Shown: positions 12,798 through 25,865 of the stretch, in pieces
Position numbering within the stretch: the first letter of the stretch is position 1
Layout: every line of letters begins with the position of its first letter
Assembly: GCF_009914755.1 (NCBI RefSeq)
Contig: NC_060935.1
Direction: 5' to 3' (one strand)
Length of the DNA stretch: 64,000 nt
DNA from: the human T2T-CHM13v2.0 reference genome, Homo sapiens
Translations under genes and position numbers: made by a program
Notes under the pieces: model-generated
What the model was told of the DNA's origin: nothing
The model's input: the letters and a program-made list of their open reading frames with translations, nothing else
Databases searched by the model: none

Positions 12798-15116
12798 GTA
12801 AGGCTTGACCCACTTTCCTTTGATCTCCCTGCTCTGAAAAAGAAGTATCTCCCTTCAAACCTGCACGGGTGAATCTTTACTCCTGTGTTTTGCGGAAACC
12901 CCTTTCCATATTCTCTTCCCCAGTCAAGCAGTCCCTACAGTACGTCATTTCCAGCACAATATCTCCTAAGTTCTGAGTTACTCAGCCAAGATCAGTACTC
13001 CTGGAGGTCTTCCACAGGATTGGAATGTGACATTTTATATCTAACCAAAAGGCAAAAAGTAAGCTGTAACTCTCTTCAGTTTAGTCACCTCAAGATTGCC
13101 ATATACCAATGCAGAGTACAGGTAATTACTGGTTATGATATGTATCATTCAGATGTCCGTTCTCAGAAATAATATAGTCTAGGTTCCAATTAAGGAAGAA
13201 AAGCATTTCCCTAAATGCATCATATTGTTTGCAGACCTGCATCCCCTGTGGAAGGGAGTCTTAGCTTATTTTGCACATGGATATGATACTGCACTTCCCT
13301 GGCTTGCCAAACAGGTTTCTAGTCTTACCAGGTCCTCCTCGTGCATGAGACCTGGGACCTTTCCAGATCCATTTATTCTTCGATGAGTATCCCCAGACTC
13401 CAGGAAGCTTGAAAAGAAGCATGAGAATGTGTAGACCATTAGCTTTTAGAGGCTAGAGAATCTAAGGACATAGTCTAAGTAAGTCAGAGACCAATTCAGA
13501 GCCCTTAGAAAGTGAGCCAGGGAAAGCTTTACCTGTATATTCAATAATTAGATATTCTAATTTACTTGGCAATTTTCTCAATGTAGACATTACTGTTGTT
13601 TCTGATTTATCTGAGCTGAAAAAAAATCAAGCTATAGTAAGCTTGAATGATTGATCTTTGTTTTAATTCTGGCTAGTTCTTGAAGGATTGACTCTAGAAG
13701 GGGAATCATTGGGTCAGGGTATAAAAACTTTCCTAAGACCCCTCAGCATTGTCCCTAGAGTAGGAGAGCATGGTTAGGGAGCTATCTGTATTCTGACAGT
13801 CACTTTAGGGTATGGGGTGACCAGGGTCAGTAGCTTTCTTTGCCAAAGGAAAAAACTGCAGTTCCAGCCACAGGCTGCTTTGTTCAAATGTCTTTGTGCT
13901 TTATGAACCGTAACAGTGGATGAGAAAGGGAAGACGTATGAAGAAGTCCTGATGAGATTGTTATGTTTATCGTAATGGTGCAAAATGAATTTGCTCGTGG
14001 AAAAGAAAGGCCTTGTGACTCTTAACTAGAAATTGATATATGTTAATGTCCTCTGGTGATATTTATAATTTCTAGATATTAATATTTAGGTGTAGCTTTA
14101 AAACTGTTGTTGCTAGTATTCTTTAGGAAAAGTACTTTGATACTGAAAGCCTCCAGCCCCAACCTTTTTTTGTTCAATAAAACAATTGATTTTTTTTTAA
14201 ATATGATATTTGATAACATTGTGTAGGCACTCTCTCTCAGATTATGGATGAACACATTTTATTTTCTTTCTTCTCCCAGGTAAAGTTTTACAGAGTTACA
14301 TTCCAGTCAGCACTGCTGGACAGAGTGCGCCTATTACACCCACATCCTTGTCAGCATTGAGTAGTTAAATTTTTCTTTTTCAAAGTTTTCTACTTTTATG
14401 AACCTCCAAATTTCCTTTTTATTGGTAATTTAGTTTTCATGTTTGTCCTTTTAATTCTTTTGTGAATTATCTGCATTTTTGTTCATTATTATTATTGTAT
14501 TTCTTATAGATTTCTAACTGTTCTCTATTAAGATATTAAGTCATGTCTAGTAATTGTGACAAAGTATTTTTAGGTTTGTAGCAGAATTTTACTTTTGCTT
14601 CTGATACTTTGATACATGGAATTTTTATGTTTATATAGAATTAGGTTCATCCACTTTGTGAATTCTTTCATCATTTTGTTTTAAATTTTTTTCTGTGATT
14701 TTTAAAAACTTTGAATAATCCATTTAGGAATTATTATAGTTTGTGAGTTTATTATGAGTTACTATTTTTGAGAAAAAGGCAGTAAAGTATAATGTTTAAG
14801 GCAAACAGGCTCTAGAGCCACATGGCTGGATCCCACCTTTGCGGAGTGTTTTTTTCCTGAGTTGATCTACTGACTGTATTGCCCTTCAGGACTCCAGCTT
14901 TAGGAGAGGTCCCCAATCCTACTGCTCCCCTACCCTGGGCCCCATTTTGTTTCCTTTTCCTACACGCATGGTGAGTCAGATTCATCATGAATGTAAAGAT
15001 GCTTAAGCTTCAGGGACCCTCCTTTGTATGGAGCCCTTCCAGGGTCCAGAGAAAGTCTGATCATAGTGTTAACAGGGCCAGGTGTTTTGAAAATTTTGCC
15101 TAAAAAAGGTATTTTA

Positions 15117-15448
<332 letters not shown>

Positions 15449-16943
15449 TTAAGACTGCTGACTATTTTTACTGCAACTTTCCCTTGGTCTATACTTTTCC
15501 TTGTAACAGATGGTGTTAGGGCAGCTGTGGGGGTTTTGGAGGACTTGCTAAGGGGAAGTTGACCTGGGGATCCATGTAGTTTGGGTTTAGGGGGGTATGT
15601 GTGTGCATGTGGTTTGCAGTCACTGCATGTTTAGTTTTGTTAGGTTTAATTCACTAGCTTTCCTACTGCACAAATGGCTTCCAGGATTTCTTCTACTTCC
15701 CATTGTGCCGATTCGCTCAGTGCTCTGTACTCACTAATGAACTGTAAATTATAAATGTGCCATGTGCTCTCCCCCTACTGTGAGAAGAGCATATTTGAGA
15801 AATCTCAGCTACATCATTTGAACTGCAATTTGAAAGGATGTTTTGGAATGTGTCAACAAAACAAATGGTTTGGCTGTATATGAAGGGTATCTTCTCTGTC
15901 ATCTCCAAATTATTTCCCAGCGTGTTCAGTGGTGCCCTGGCTGAGGATATGGGAGATGCTGGCACTGAGAGGAGCTGAGGAGGAGGTGCAGAAGCTGGGT
16001 CTGATTCTGTGTGAACACCTCAAGGCTTAGGAGGCAGGAGAGGATTCGCAAAACAAAAAATGGGAAGACTACTGGAGATGATGCCCAGAGCTCTAGGTGG
16101 TTTTGAAAAGGTCGATAGCACAGAGGTTTTCCAATTATGATCTCAAAAACACTTATTTCCCCTTTAGAGCTGAAATGTTAGGTTCACAAAGACTAGGCAA
16201 AAAATAAAAGTTAAAAAATTTAAAAAAGAACTGAAATGTCCCTCAGATATGTTTGTTTTTCCCACTTCCAAGAAACAAGGAAACAAATGAAATAAAAACC
16301 AAATATAATATAAAACAAAAGTGATAAAATGAGCATTGAAATTTGAGAGAAATTATTCTTTCTTACATTAAAAAACAAATTATAAACAAAAAATCCAGAT
16401 CATACCAAAAGCAGTAATTTGCTAAGAGCAAGAGGTAAGGTTTAAACAAAAGGAGTGAGTAGCCCTCTAGATTGTTGTTCATATAAGATGAATGATATGA
16501 ATCCATTGGGAAAAGGTTGAAATTTCTTGCTGAGTTTACATGATGTACTGACAGTGACAAAGATAACATAAAACTCATGTACTGCCGCAAGGACATAGAC
16601 AACACATGAGTTAAATGAACATTGTCAATTCAAAGAATGTTTAAGATTAGCCATAGCGTTAGAAAACTTGAATGCGTTATAGTTTTACAACTCACATATA
16701 AAAGACATTTGATAGAGGCCTTTCTAAATTTAAATGATTCTAAAAATGTACATGACAATACCAGTTATAAATTGTGAAGATAAAACTTCTTAACTATTGT
16801 CATAGAAGATAAATATTGATCAGTCATGCTAGAAGAAAGACTAAATCAACCGTCTGTTGTCATAGAATATATTATAAAGTTGTGGACATACAAAGAAGCA
16901 GTCAAAGAGTATCCACCCAAAATACGAGAGTAAAGAAGTACTA

Positions 16944-17100
<157 letters not shown>

Positions 17101-18753
17101 TTAATTACTAACACCCTGTCTCTAAAATAAATACCCCATCTCTGAAATAACAAATACCCTGTCTCAAAAAAGAATCAAACTATAGAGGTACATCAAGATT
17201 TTATATAATGAAATATTTCTAGATTTTGTGATTTTTTTTTCAGTTTTGCAAAACTTGCAATTTTTTGTGGCTTGTTTTCTAATTCTAAATATTCCCTTTG
17301 TTTCTAATTGTATATTCAAATTTTATACTATTTTGAAGAGAAAGTTTGTAAGTTCCAGGCCTCGTAAAATATTTTCAGGACCCATGAAAGCCCAGGTTCC
17401 AGATTATGATTGATCAGTCCCTGCCCCAGGGTATACATTATCTCTAACATTTGATCTAAAATGGGGCATTCTTATCATGCTTATCCTTTGAGGAATTCCC
17501 TCACTTTAACAACAGCTCAACCAGGCATTTAAAAAAATATGTTTTAATCTAATATGTTAGGGGTACTTTGAAGGAATCTTTCTGGTCTTTGAAGGAATAT
17601 CTACGATATTCTATAAATCCTCATTTATGAACATAAAGTTGCTCTGTCGAATCCCCCCTGAAAAAATGACTCTATTGGGATTTTTAGTGTGCTATTCACA
17701 CTTTAAATGAAAAATGGATGTCTTTAAGAATTGATGGCTTTATAAAACCCAGTCATCCTGTCTAGGAACATAATCTAGCTTTTCATTTATTCATGTCCTT
17801 TTTTATCTAGCTCAGTTGACTGCTGCAGTCAATACCTCTCCCCACCCCCGCAATCCCCACACATAATCACACAAGGCCAAACATCTCTTGTTAAGGCAAT
17901 TCCTAGACGTTTTATAATGTTGGTTGCTATGAGTGGGATTTTTAAATTGTTTTAACAGTAGCATTAGTATCTGTGCATTGATGGTATTAGAAAATTGTTG
18001 ATCTTTGTATGTAACATACGTTACATATGTTTATATGTGTATTTTGTAAGTGGCCACCTCACTGAGCTTTCTTGGGTTTTCTAAATGGGCAGTCCTGACA
18101 TCTGTAAAGAATGGCTTTATTTCTGCCTAATAGCTATACTTCTTGTTCTTATTTATCTCTAATACTGGCTATGACTCTCAGACCAGTGTTGTTAGTACTG
18201 ATGAAAAATATATTGTCCTTTTATTGACTTTAATGTGAATGTTCCTCCTGTTTTGTTAATAAGTAATGTGCTAGCTGTTGTTGATTGGCAAGTTTTTGCT
18301 TTTAGTTTTGGGTGTTTTGTTTTTTTTCTTTTTAATGTTAAGAGAACTGACCCTCTTAAATGCTAAGAAAAGTAGTTTTCTAAGCATTTTCCTAAAAAGA
18401 TGATTCCGCCTAATGAGGCCACAGCTCTGGACTTGTGGCATGTATATGTGTGTATGCGGACCTAGGACATGTGAACATGATCTCAGGAGGGCCATACAGG
18501 CTGCCCCATTCTCTAAGTAGCCTGAGATTTGAAATTCAGATCTTGTGTTATTAAGAAAACTCTAGGGTCTACCTCCTATGAGTGTGTTGTAGTGGAATTT
18601 TGTTCAGCAGAATCCCATGATGGAGGTTGTTTGTTAAAAAACAGGTTTTTTGTTTTGTTTTTTCTTTTCTTTTCTTTTGTTTGTGAGACATGATTAGATT
18701 CAGAACCTCAGGCTCTCCCACTAACAGGAATATGCTGTTTTCCTGCTTCCCAG

Positions 18754-18904
18754 TGACGCCAATGCCCCCTTTGCCCAGTGGAGCACAGAGCGTGTGTGTG
18801 CATGGCTGGAGGACTTTGGCCTGGCTCAGTATGTGATCTTTGCCAGGCAGTGGGTATCTTCTGGCCACACCTTATTGACAGCCACCCCTCAGGACATGGA
18901 AAAG
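18754..18904 (+). CDS. PPFIBP2: Liprin-beta-2 SAM1 exon (DANAPFAQWSTERVCAWLEDFGLAQY...QDMEK)
   Basis: SAM W-x4-V-x2-WL signature; cccag acceptor, AAG|gtaagg donor. Confidence 0.96.
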
Positions 18905-19166
18905 GTAAGGGCTCAGCTTGGGGAGAGGAGGCTCCCATTTCTCCCCAAAGCATGGGGAGGCCAGGGTCCGCCACTCCTGTCACACATACACACAGGAGGA
19001 TGGATGGAGGAGGCTGAGAGTTCCTCTGTAGCTGCAGGTTGGCATCCCAGGGCACGGTGTGGAGATACACTGCCATACTCAGAGCATCTCCACCCAGACA
19101 CAGCTTTCTCTGAGGGCCAAATTGCCTGCCAAAATTTCACATGTGGTCTTCATCTTTTAATTTCAG

Positions 19167-19278
19167 GAGCTAGGAATTAAGCACCCACTCCACAGGAAGA
19201 AGCTTGTTTTAGCAGTGAAAGCCATCAACACCAAACAGGAGGAGAAGTCTGCACTGCTAGACCACATTTGGGTGACAA
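19167..19278 (+). CDS. PPFIBP2: Liprin-beta-2 SAM1/SAM2 exon (ELGIKHPLHRKKL...LDHIWVT)
   Basis: LGIxHPLHRKKL SAM motif; tttcag acceptor, A|gtaagg donor. Confidence 0.96.
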
Positions 19279-19513
19279 GTAAGGATAGGCATATATGTAT
19301 TAAGAATGTCTCTGGCAGCAACTAAGAGTAGAAAGAATTTTCCTGTTAAATGGGTACCTCAAGGACAGCTGTCTCCTTGTAAAAGGCAGAGGAATTACTA
19401 AACTTTTGGGGGAATAAAACGAACCTCAAAATATAATTTGCTCCCCTTTTTTTGGTGTCTACATTCTCTCATTCTCATGAATCCTGACCCATCTGGGGTT
19501 TTTGTATTTGTAG

Positions 19514-19602
19514 GGTGGCTTGATGATATTGGCTTACCCCAGTACAAAGACCAGTTTCATGAATCTAGAGTTGACGGACGAATGCTGCAATACCTAACTG
19601 TG
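19514..19602 (+). CDS. PPFIBP2: Liprin-beta-2 SAM2 exon (RWLDDIGLPQYKDQFHESRVDGRMLQYLTV)
   Basis: Liprin WLDDIGLPQY motif; ttgtag acceptor, GTG|gtgagg donor. Confidence 0.96.
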
Positions 19603-19898
19603 GTGAGGACTTTTTCTTTAAATATTTCAGTTGTCCCTGTGAGCACTCAGCTCACGTGTACCCATGGTGGTTATTTTAAACTTGATTCCATATATTCTTA
19701 AGGCCTTGAAATAGTATCATTTGTCACAAAAGAGGTCCCAAGTAGCAGAGTACAAACCACTGTGATAAGCTATTGGTGTCTCCACGTGCACCTTCCTGAG
19801 ATGTGGTTGACTTGTCTATGCTTGGTCTGGTGAGGGACATCAGGGGTCTTTTGTCACTTTGGAAACTCTGGTTTATAAACCAAACTTTCCTCTTTCAG

Positions 19899-20021
19899 AA
19901 CGATTTACTCTTCTTAAAAGTCACCAGCCAACTACATCATCTCAGCATCAAATGTGCCATTCACGTGCTGCATGTCAACAAGTTCAACCCCCACTGCCTG
20001 CACCGGCGGCCAGCTGATGAG
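19899..20021 (+). CDS. PPFIBP2: Liprin-beta-2 SAM2 exon (NDLLFLKVTSQLHHLSIK...RRPADE)
   Basis: tttcag acceptor, GAG|gtgaga donor; lies within ORF 19803-20072. Confidence 0.96.
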
Positions 20022-21206
20022 GTGAGACCACAAATAGTATCTCTCCAGGTAGCCCTGAGCCAGGACCCCTGAAACATCAAGCATGAGCAAACAAGAATGA
20101 CATCATAAAAGCACTGTTTTTTGCACCATGGTGCCTGGGATTCTTTTGTTTGCTTGTGCTTCCTGTTGCCCCAAACATCCGTTACCTGCACTTTGTGTCT
20201 CACAGTAGCCATAGACCTCTAAGCTCCCACCCTCCACTGGGGAGACACATGCTATAAAGTCATCATAGTGATTAAAGGAGATGAGGAGATGGTGCAAAGG
20301 AGAGGGGGAGGGAAAGACAAAATGGAAAGATGGGTGTCACAGTAGAAGAGAAGAGAAGAGACAGAGGAGGGGGAAGAGGAGCCCGTAGAAGCTAGACATT
20401 TCAGAATAGGTATCCCTACTTGTAGATCCAAAATTAACTGACTTCCAGGCCCAGGTACAGGGGATCCATGAGTAGTCTTGCTAGAGAAGAAATAGTATAC
20501 GTAAATAACAGCACCCCAAGTCTTGAAGAAATAACTGATTATGTTCCATGAACTTCGGAGTTCTTGGTGGACCCCCAAACTGAAGATTGTCAGTCACATC
20601 CTATCTCCTCTGTTCCTGGGAACTAGGTCTAACCTTGCTGTAAAATTAACTCAGCTTCCTGGGCTGCTACCTTTGCTGTCTATCTCCTATTTTCTCCTTA
20701 TTCAACCAACATGTTTTGAATGTCTTGTATATGTCAGGCACAGCGCTGTGCATTTTTAAGACCACAGTGCTACGTGAGAGCACTTAGGAATAAGTACCTT
20801 AAGGTGTGCTCCCCTAAAATCATTGGCCACACCAGGGAGATCTTTCATCTATAAACCACTTGGATTGTAAAATTGACAGTCATCTTTAAAGTTCTGTTGA
20901 ATCACTGAAAGAATAACTATAATGTCCTCATTTATTTGTCTCAAAGTTAGCCGGAAAATGATGGAGTAACAGAATTCTGGATTCAGATATCTCAGTGTGG
21001 AAGATCTTCAAAGATTCAGTGGGAGCTCTATTTCCTAGAAACTGGGGAGGCTGGTGCTCTGGCAGATGGGGTGGGTCACTAAGCTTGAGGGCCTTCTATT
21101 GTTGTGATGCGTCTGGGGCAGGGTTACTTACCGGGGCTGACTCCACAGAGGACCATGGTGGGACCTATTAAGCCTAACTTCCTCACTCTCCTTCTCCCTC
21201 TGACAG

Positions 21207-21332
21207 AGTAACCTTTCTCCTTCAGAAGTTGTACAGTGGTCCAACCACAGGGTGATGGAGTGGTTACGATCTGTGGACCTGGCAGAGTATGCACCCAATC
21301 TTCGAGGGAGTGGAGTCCATGGAGGCCTCATT
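21207..21332 (+). CDS. PPFIBP2: Liprin-beta-2 SAM3 exon (SNLSPSEVVQWSNHRVMEWLRSVDLAEYAPNLRGSGVHGGLI)
   Basis: Highly conserved liprin motif; gacag acceptor, gtgagt donor. Confidence 0.97.
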
Positions 21333-22022
21333 GTGAGTGGCTCTCTGGCCTAGCCCACCTGCCTTGGTGCAAATGGGATATTCAGAAACTTATTTATTAA
21401 GGACAAGACACAAAAGCTAACGAAAAAAAATAGGTACTTCATCTGGAGGTCTTGCATAATTTGATGTCTCAAAGTATTTTGATAACTTGTCCTTGAGAAT
21501 TAATATACCTCATGGAAGCAAGATGCCTTCTGGCAGCACCTCCTTGGCATGAGACTTGAGGATTCTAGGTCGATGGGTTGCATGGAGACCAACGCTTACA
21601 AGGCGAGGGAACAGCAGGGCTGAGGAAGGGACGGGGAAGCCGTAAAAATGCAGCTTCCCACTTGCTGCAATAGGATCCCTATCACTACTCAGATCTGTCA
21701 GTGGCAAAGCCAGAGGGGAAATGAGGAAGTGTGGTGGCTTGGATGTCATCCAGAGAAGATCCTGAGAGACAGCCTCACCAAAGAGGTCCCAGTTCTCTGC
21801 TGGCCTGTGAAAACAAGGTGGTCAGTCAGCACATGTGCTAGTATGTGCTCAGAGCCAGGCCCTGTGCCAGCCAGTGAGTGGAGTGGGACTCAGAACAAGT
21901 GACTGAGCTCCTGTCCCTCCTCTGGAGGCACCCCCAGCCCCAACAGGCCAGTCTCTCAGCATCCTCCCCCTCGAGCCATTTGTATTTGCTCCTGGCCAGG
22001 CTTGTCTCTGGTTCCTTCTTAG

Positions 22023-22211
22023 ATCCTGGAGCCACGCTTCACTGGGGACACCCTGGCTATGCTTCTCAACATCCCCCCACAAAAGACGCTCCTCAGGCGC
22101 CACCTGACCACCAAGTTCAATGCCTTGATTGGTCCGGAGGCTGAACAGGAAAAGCGAGAGAAAATGGCCTCACCAGCTTACACACCACTGACCACCACAG
22201 CCAAAGTCCGG
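22023..22211 (+). CDS. PPFIBP2: Liprin-beta-2 SAM3 exon (ILEPRFTGDTLAMLLNIPPQKTLLRRHL...AKVR)
   Basis: LNIPPxKTLLRRHL motif; cttag acceptor, CGG|gtgagt donor. Confidence 0.97.
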
Positions 22212-23390
22212 GTGAGTTGCAGAGCCTTTCTGGGCGGGCCCCGGGCTGCCTCCTGGCCCTCACGCAGCACAGCACCTGGCGCGATGCCCACAGCCAGAGC
22301 AGCATGCGCAGCCTGGACAAAGAGGATCTTTCAGCTTCTGCTGTGGGCTTGTGGTCTGTGAGGCCAGTCTTTGTTAAGCCAGTTCTCCACCAGTTTTGAG
22401 TCCAAGGAAGACAGTGCAGGTTTCTTTACCTAGAAAATATGTGCAGGAAGCACCTATCCTCAGGTGGCTTAGAGCTCGTCCTCTACCCCACTGCTGCTGT
22501 GACTCACCTTGCAGAGCGGAAGCACTCCGAGTCTGGCTTTCCTTCGGTCAGGCCTGCCTGCGTGCCGCAATGCCGTGGGATCTTGGTCAAAGCTGTCCTG
22601 CTGATATAGGAAGTGCTTCCAATGGAAGCTGGTTCCATTTGTCTTGTTTCGTGAAGTGGCCAGCACACAGATACCCAGAGGTCCCCAGGTCTTTCAAGCA
22701 CCAACACTACTCACTGGGGCTCCCAGAATCCCACAAAGCCCTTTAGACCTGCCTGAGCCACAGCATCCTCAGACCACATTCTTCCCAGACTACAGACCAA
22801 CAGGCAACCTCTGGAGGCCACGCTGGTCCTATCCCTGGTAGTGTTGATGCTTCATGCCCAGCTACAACTCAGGCACAGACCTCCTTCCCCAGGGGAGCAA
22901 GACAGGAAGTATGTCTGGGGGAGTCAGGCAGAAACAGTGCTGGATGACGCTAGGGCAGGGAGCAACCTGGGGCTATCCTACGCGCCTTTAGATGGTGCCA
23001 GGTGCTGAGATGGGAAAGGGTTGGGGTGCCAGCAGCTGTGCTGAGGCAAGTTCTCTGTGCTTCGCCTCAAATGCAGACCTCAAGTACATTCTAAAGGAAC
23101 TCCCAGTTCATCTATGGAAATAAGAAAGTCACTTTGGTGGGGCAGCCAGGCATGAGTTTCAGGCATAGTATTGGAGGGGCAGCTCTTATTGTTCAAGATT
23201 ATTTACCTATTGGCCTTTCTGCAGCATAGAAATTGCTTCCAAGAGCTCTGTTTTGTTCAGAGTCTTTCTAGGAGCAGTTTACATTATTCCTCTCCTTGAG
23301 TGCCTGCTCTTAAATTTTAAGTATATTGTCAGTCATACCTGCACACTGCCTTGATTGCCTTCTCATAATCTTGCATTTTCTGTGTTTTAG

Positions 23391-23585
23391 CCAAGGAAAC
23401 TAGGATTTTCACACTTCGGAAACATAAGAAAAAAGAAGTTCGATGAATCGACGGACTACATTTGCCCAATGGAGCCCAGTGACGGTGTCAGTGATAGTCA
23501 CAGGGTCTACAGTGGCTACCGGGGCCTCAGCCCCCTTGATGCCCCTGAACTGGATGGGCTGGACCAGGTGGGACAGATTAGCTGA
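23391..23585 (+). CDS. PPFIBP2: Liprin-beta-2 proximal last coding exon (PRKLGFSHFG...LDGLDQVGQIS*)
   Basis: ttttag acceptor; TGA at 23583-23585; internal donor CAG|gtggga after 23567. Confidence 0.95.
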   Translation, partial: PRKLGFSHFGNIRKKKFDESTDYICPMEPSDGVSDSHRVYSGYRGLSPLDAPELDGLDQVGQIS

Positions 23586-24098
23586 TGCCCTTGTCACCTG
23601 CCCTCTGTGCACCCTGAGAGCTCACAGTAACACTGTGTGTGTCACCATATAACTGCACCTCACCCCCGCACGTGTGCATGACTCGCAGAGAATATTCCAG
23701 CAATTGTGTACCCCTGGGCCAGTCTCTTTGAACCCTGAGGGTGGCCAGGATCTGGAGCTGCATCTCTAAGGGGCCAGGCTTTGGGGACCATTGCCAAAGG
23801 TGGACTCAGGAGGAAAGACACTTAAAGACACTTTTACATGTCTAGTAATTCTTGATGTTCATCTTCAGCACCAGTGGAAACACATGAACTTCGATGCAGG
23901 TCCAGAGACCATGGACACTCCCACGAGGCTCAGCTCTCAGGCACCCCCTACACTTCAGTTGAGGGAAAAGCTCAAGTGCCTTAGGCCCGTGGACCACAGT
24001 CTTGGCTGAGATCAAAGGGATGAGCAACAGGGACTTCTGCCACAGTGACAATGGAATTGTGTTGTGCCTTACTTCAGAGGTGGTCTCTTCTTTCTTGT

Positions 24099-24104
24099 AA
24101 TAAA
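24099..24104 (+). terminator. PPFIBP2: Proximal PPFIBP2 polyadenylation signal AATAAA
   Basis: AATAAA about 515 nt after the stop, with TGTA immediately upstream. Confidence 0.8.
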
Positions 24105-25799
24105 AGCAATATTTATGCGGAAAGCAAGCAGCTCACCATATCTTTAACTTTGTTGGGGAAAAAGAGCTGAGGGTAGCTGGAAATGGAGTCCTACGGATTG
24201 CAGAGCTGAAGAGCCGGTGGCACTGAGCCTAGTCCTCAGCCAGGTGCATGCTCAGGATTCACCAGGGGGGTAGAGCAAGGCGGGACCCCCTCCCATAGCC
24301 TTCAGAGGAGGTCCGTGGCCGCACTGCTTCAGAATTTGCTTCCCTCTGTGAAGCCGAGGGGGCTTCGAGTCTCATGCACATCCTGACCATAGGGTCCATC
24401 TGTCGTGCAGACCTCAAAGCTGAGTGCTTTCAGTGGCATGAGCCCCCCCAGTGAAGGGGATGGTGGGGAGACAAGAAGGCACCTTGCTGGAAAGACTCTC
24501 TTTCATGTGTTTTGCTGGCTTCTCTATTACTGACTTAGCTAGGCTCATAACCATGGTGGGGGCTGGTCTGTCTGCTGGCAGAACTGAAAGAGATCTGTCC
24601 CCTTGATTTAGAGGCTGACTGACTGATAATGACTGATAATGGCTCCTCCAGATGGGCCTTGTCTGGCTGGGACTGAGGTAGAGATGTGCCTTGCCAGTCT
24701 GGACTCCTGGTCAGCAGACTCTAGTTTGCCCCCAGGCAGTGCTTGGCTCCCCTCAATCCCCTGGGCCTCATCGCAGAAGAGTAACACCACGTCACCGCTG
24801 TCTGATGGCCTGGGCACGGCCTGATGACTCCATTCCATTGTAGCACTCTGATTCTGTACCAGATGGAGGCTATGCTAAGATTTGCTTCTTAAACTACCAG
24901 CAGCCTCAGGCATGGTCTGTTGCCACAGGCCACTGCCTCCTGGGAGGTGAGAGATGTGGGGACAAGCTTGCCAGCTGGCAATGCTGCTGATAGATCCTGG
25001 TACCCAGGTCCACTGGATGACAAGTGCTCATTCAGGCTGATGCCTGGCCACTGGAGTTGTAGAGCCAGTCAGGGCAGGCTTTGTCCCTTGTTTCTTATGT
25101 TGCGGTACAGGGATCTCTGCATGTGCCTGTTTTCAAAACCTGCATGGAACTGTTATGCCACTGATTCTCTGCACCCTCAAGTAAGTCCTGTTCCCTTTGT
25201 GGGCTTGTTTTCCTACCTATAAAACAAGGGAGGGGTTACACTTGGTGCCCTCCAAATTTACAGAGGATGTTTCCAAATCTACAGTGTCTAAGTAGGTTTA
25301 GGGAAGGAGGAAGAGACCAGCATTACCTGAGAAGGAGGGGCAGGAGGAAGGCTCTTGAGTAGTGAGGAAGGATGCCCACCTATGTCAGGGCATTGGTGTC
25401 TGAGCTCCTGTTGCCTGGTAGCAGGAGTCTAGCATCCTGAAGGCCTTCATTCCTACTGCTCTCTGCTCCTGGAAATAGCTGGAACATTGAACACGTGCAG
25501 AAGGGCTGCTTCTGACAAGCCTGTGTCTTGCCTCTGTGTACCCTGAATGCCAGTTCCCAGTGGGGCCCCAGGAGAGGTATGCATGCAGTGTGGGACATTG
25601 ATGCCTTTCCCCAGGAAACAGGAGCAGCATGTGCTCCACCCACCTGTCACTCCTCAGGGCCTGGCCCACTCCTTGCCTGTCCCTCCAGAGAAGCATGCCC
25701 TGGAGAAGCCAGGCTTGAGCACGACAGGACTTGCATGCCATCTCTCTGAATCACAAGCTGCATCCATGTGTGCTGACCAGGCTGCTGCCCATTTTACAG

Positions 25800-25865
25800 A
25801 TGGCACCTTCGGAAGGTACCGTGACGCAGATAGGGCTCCTCTCCCAAGACATTCACCGCCTTACG
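25800..25865 (+). CDS. PPFIBP2: Alternative C-terminal exon A (MAPSEGTVTQIGLLSQDIHRLT)
   Basis: ttttacag acceptor, ACG|gtagga donor, phase 0 to 0; resembles PPFIBP1 MEDSEGTVRQIGAFSEGINNLT (from memory). Confidence 0.85.

Noticed and set aside
13915-13960. ATGA/CTGA motifs suggesting a C/D box snoRNA
   Set aside because: No canonical RUGAUGA...CUGA arrangement with a terminal stem
19576-19578. PPFIBP2 GGA (VDGRML), and CYB5R2 GAC at 36864-36862 (QFDLW), differ from the reference proteins as I recall them
   Set aside because: Most likely ordinary common SNP alleles; cannot be verified without databases
24639-24892. Acceptor-like ccag|ATG sites (near 24652 and 24863) as extra PPFIBP2 terminal exons
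   Set aside because: Weak pyrimidine tracts and no similarity to the liprin-beta tail; cannot be supported without RNA data
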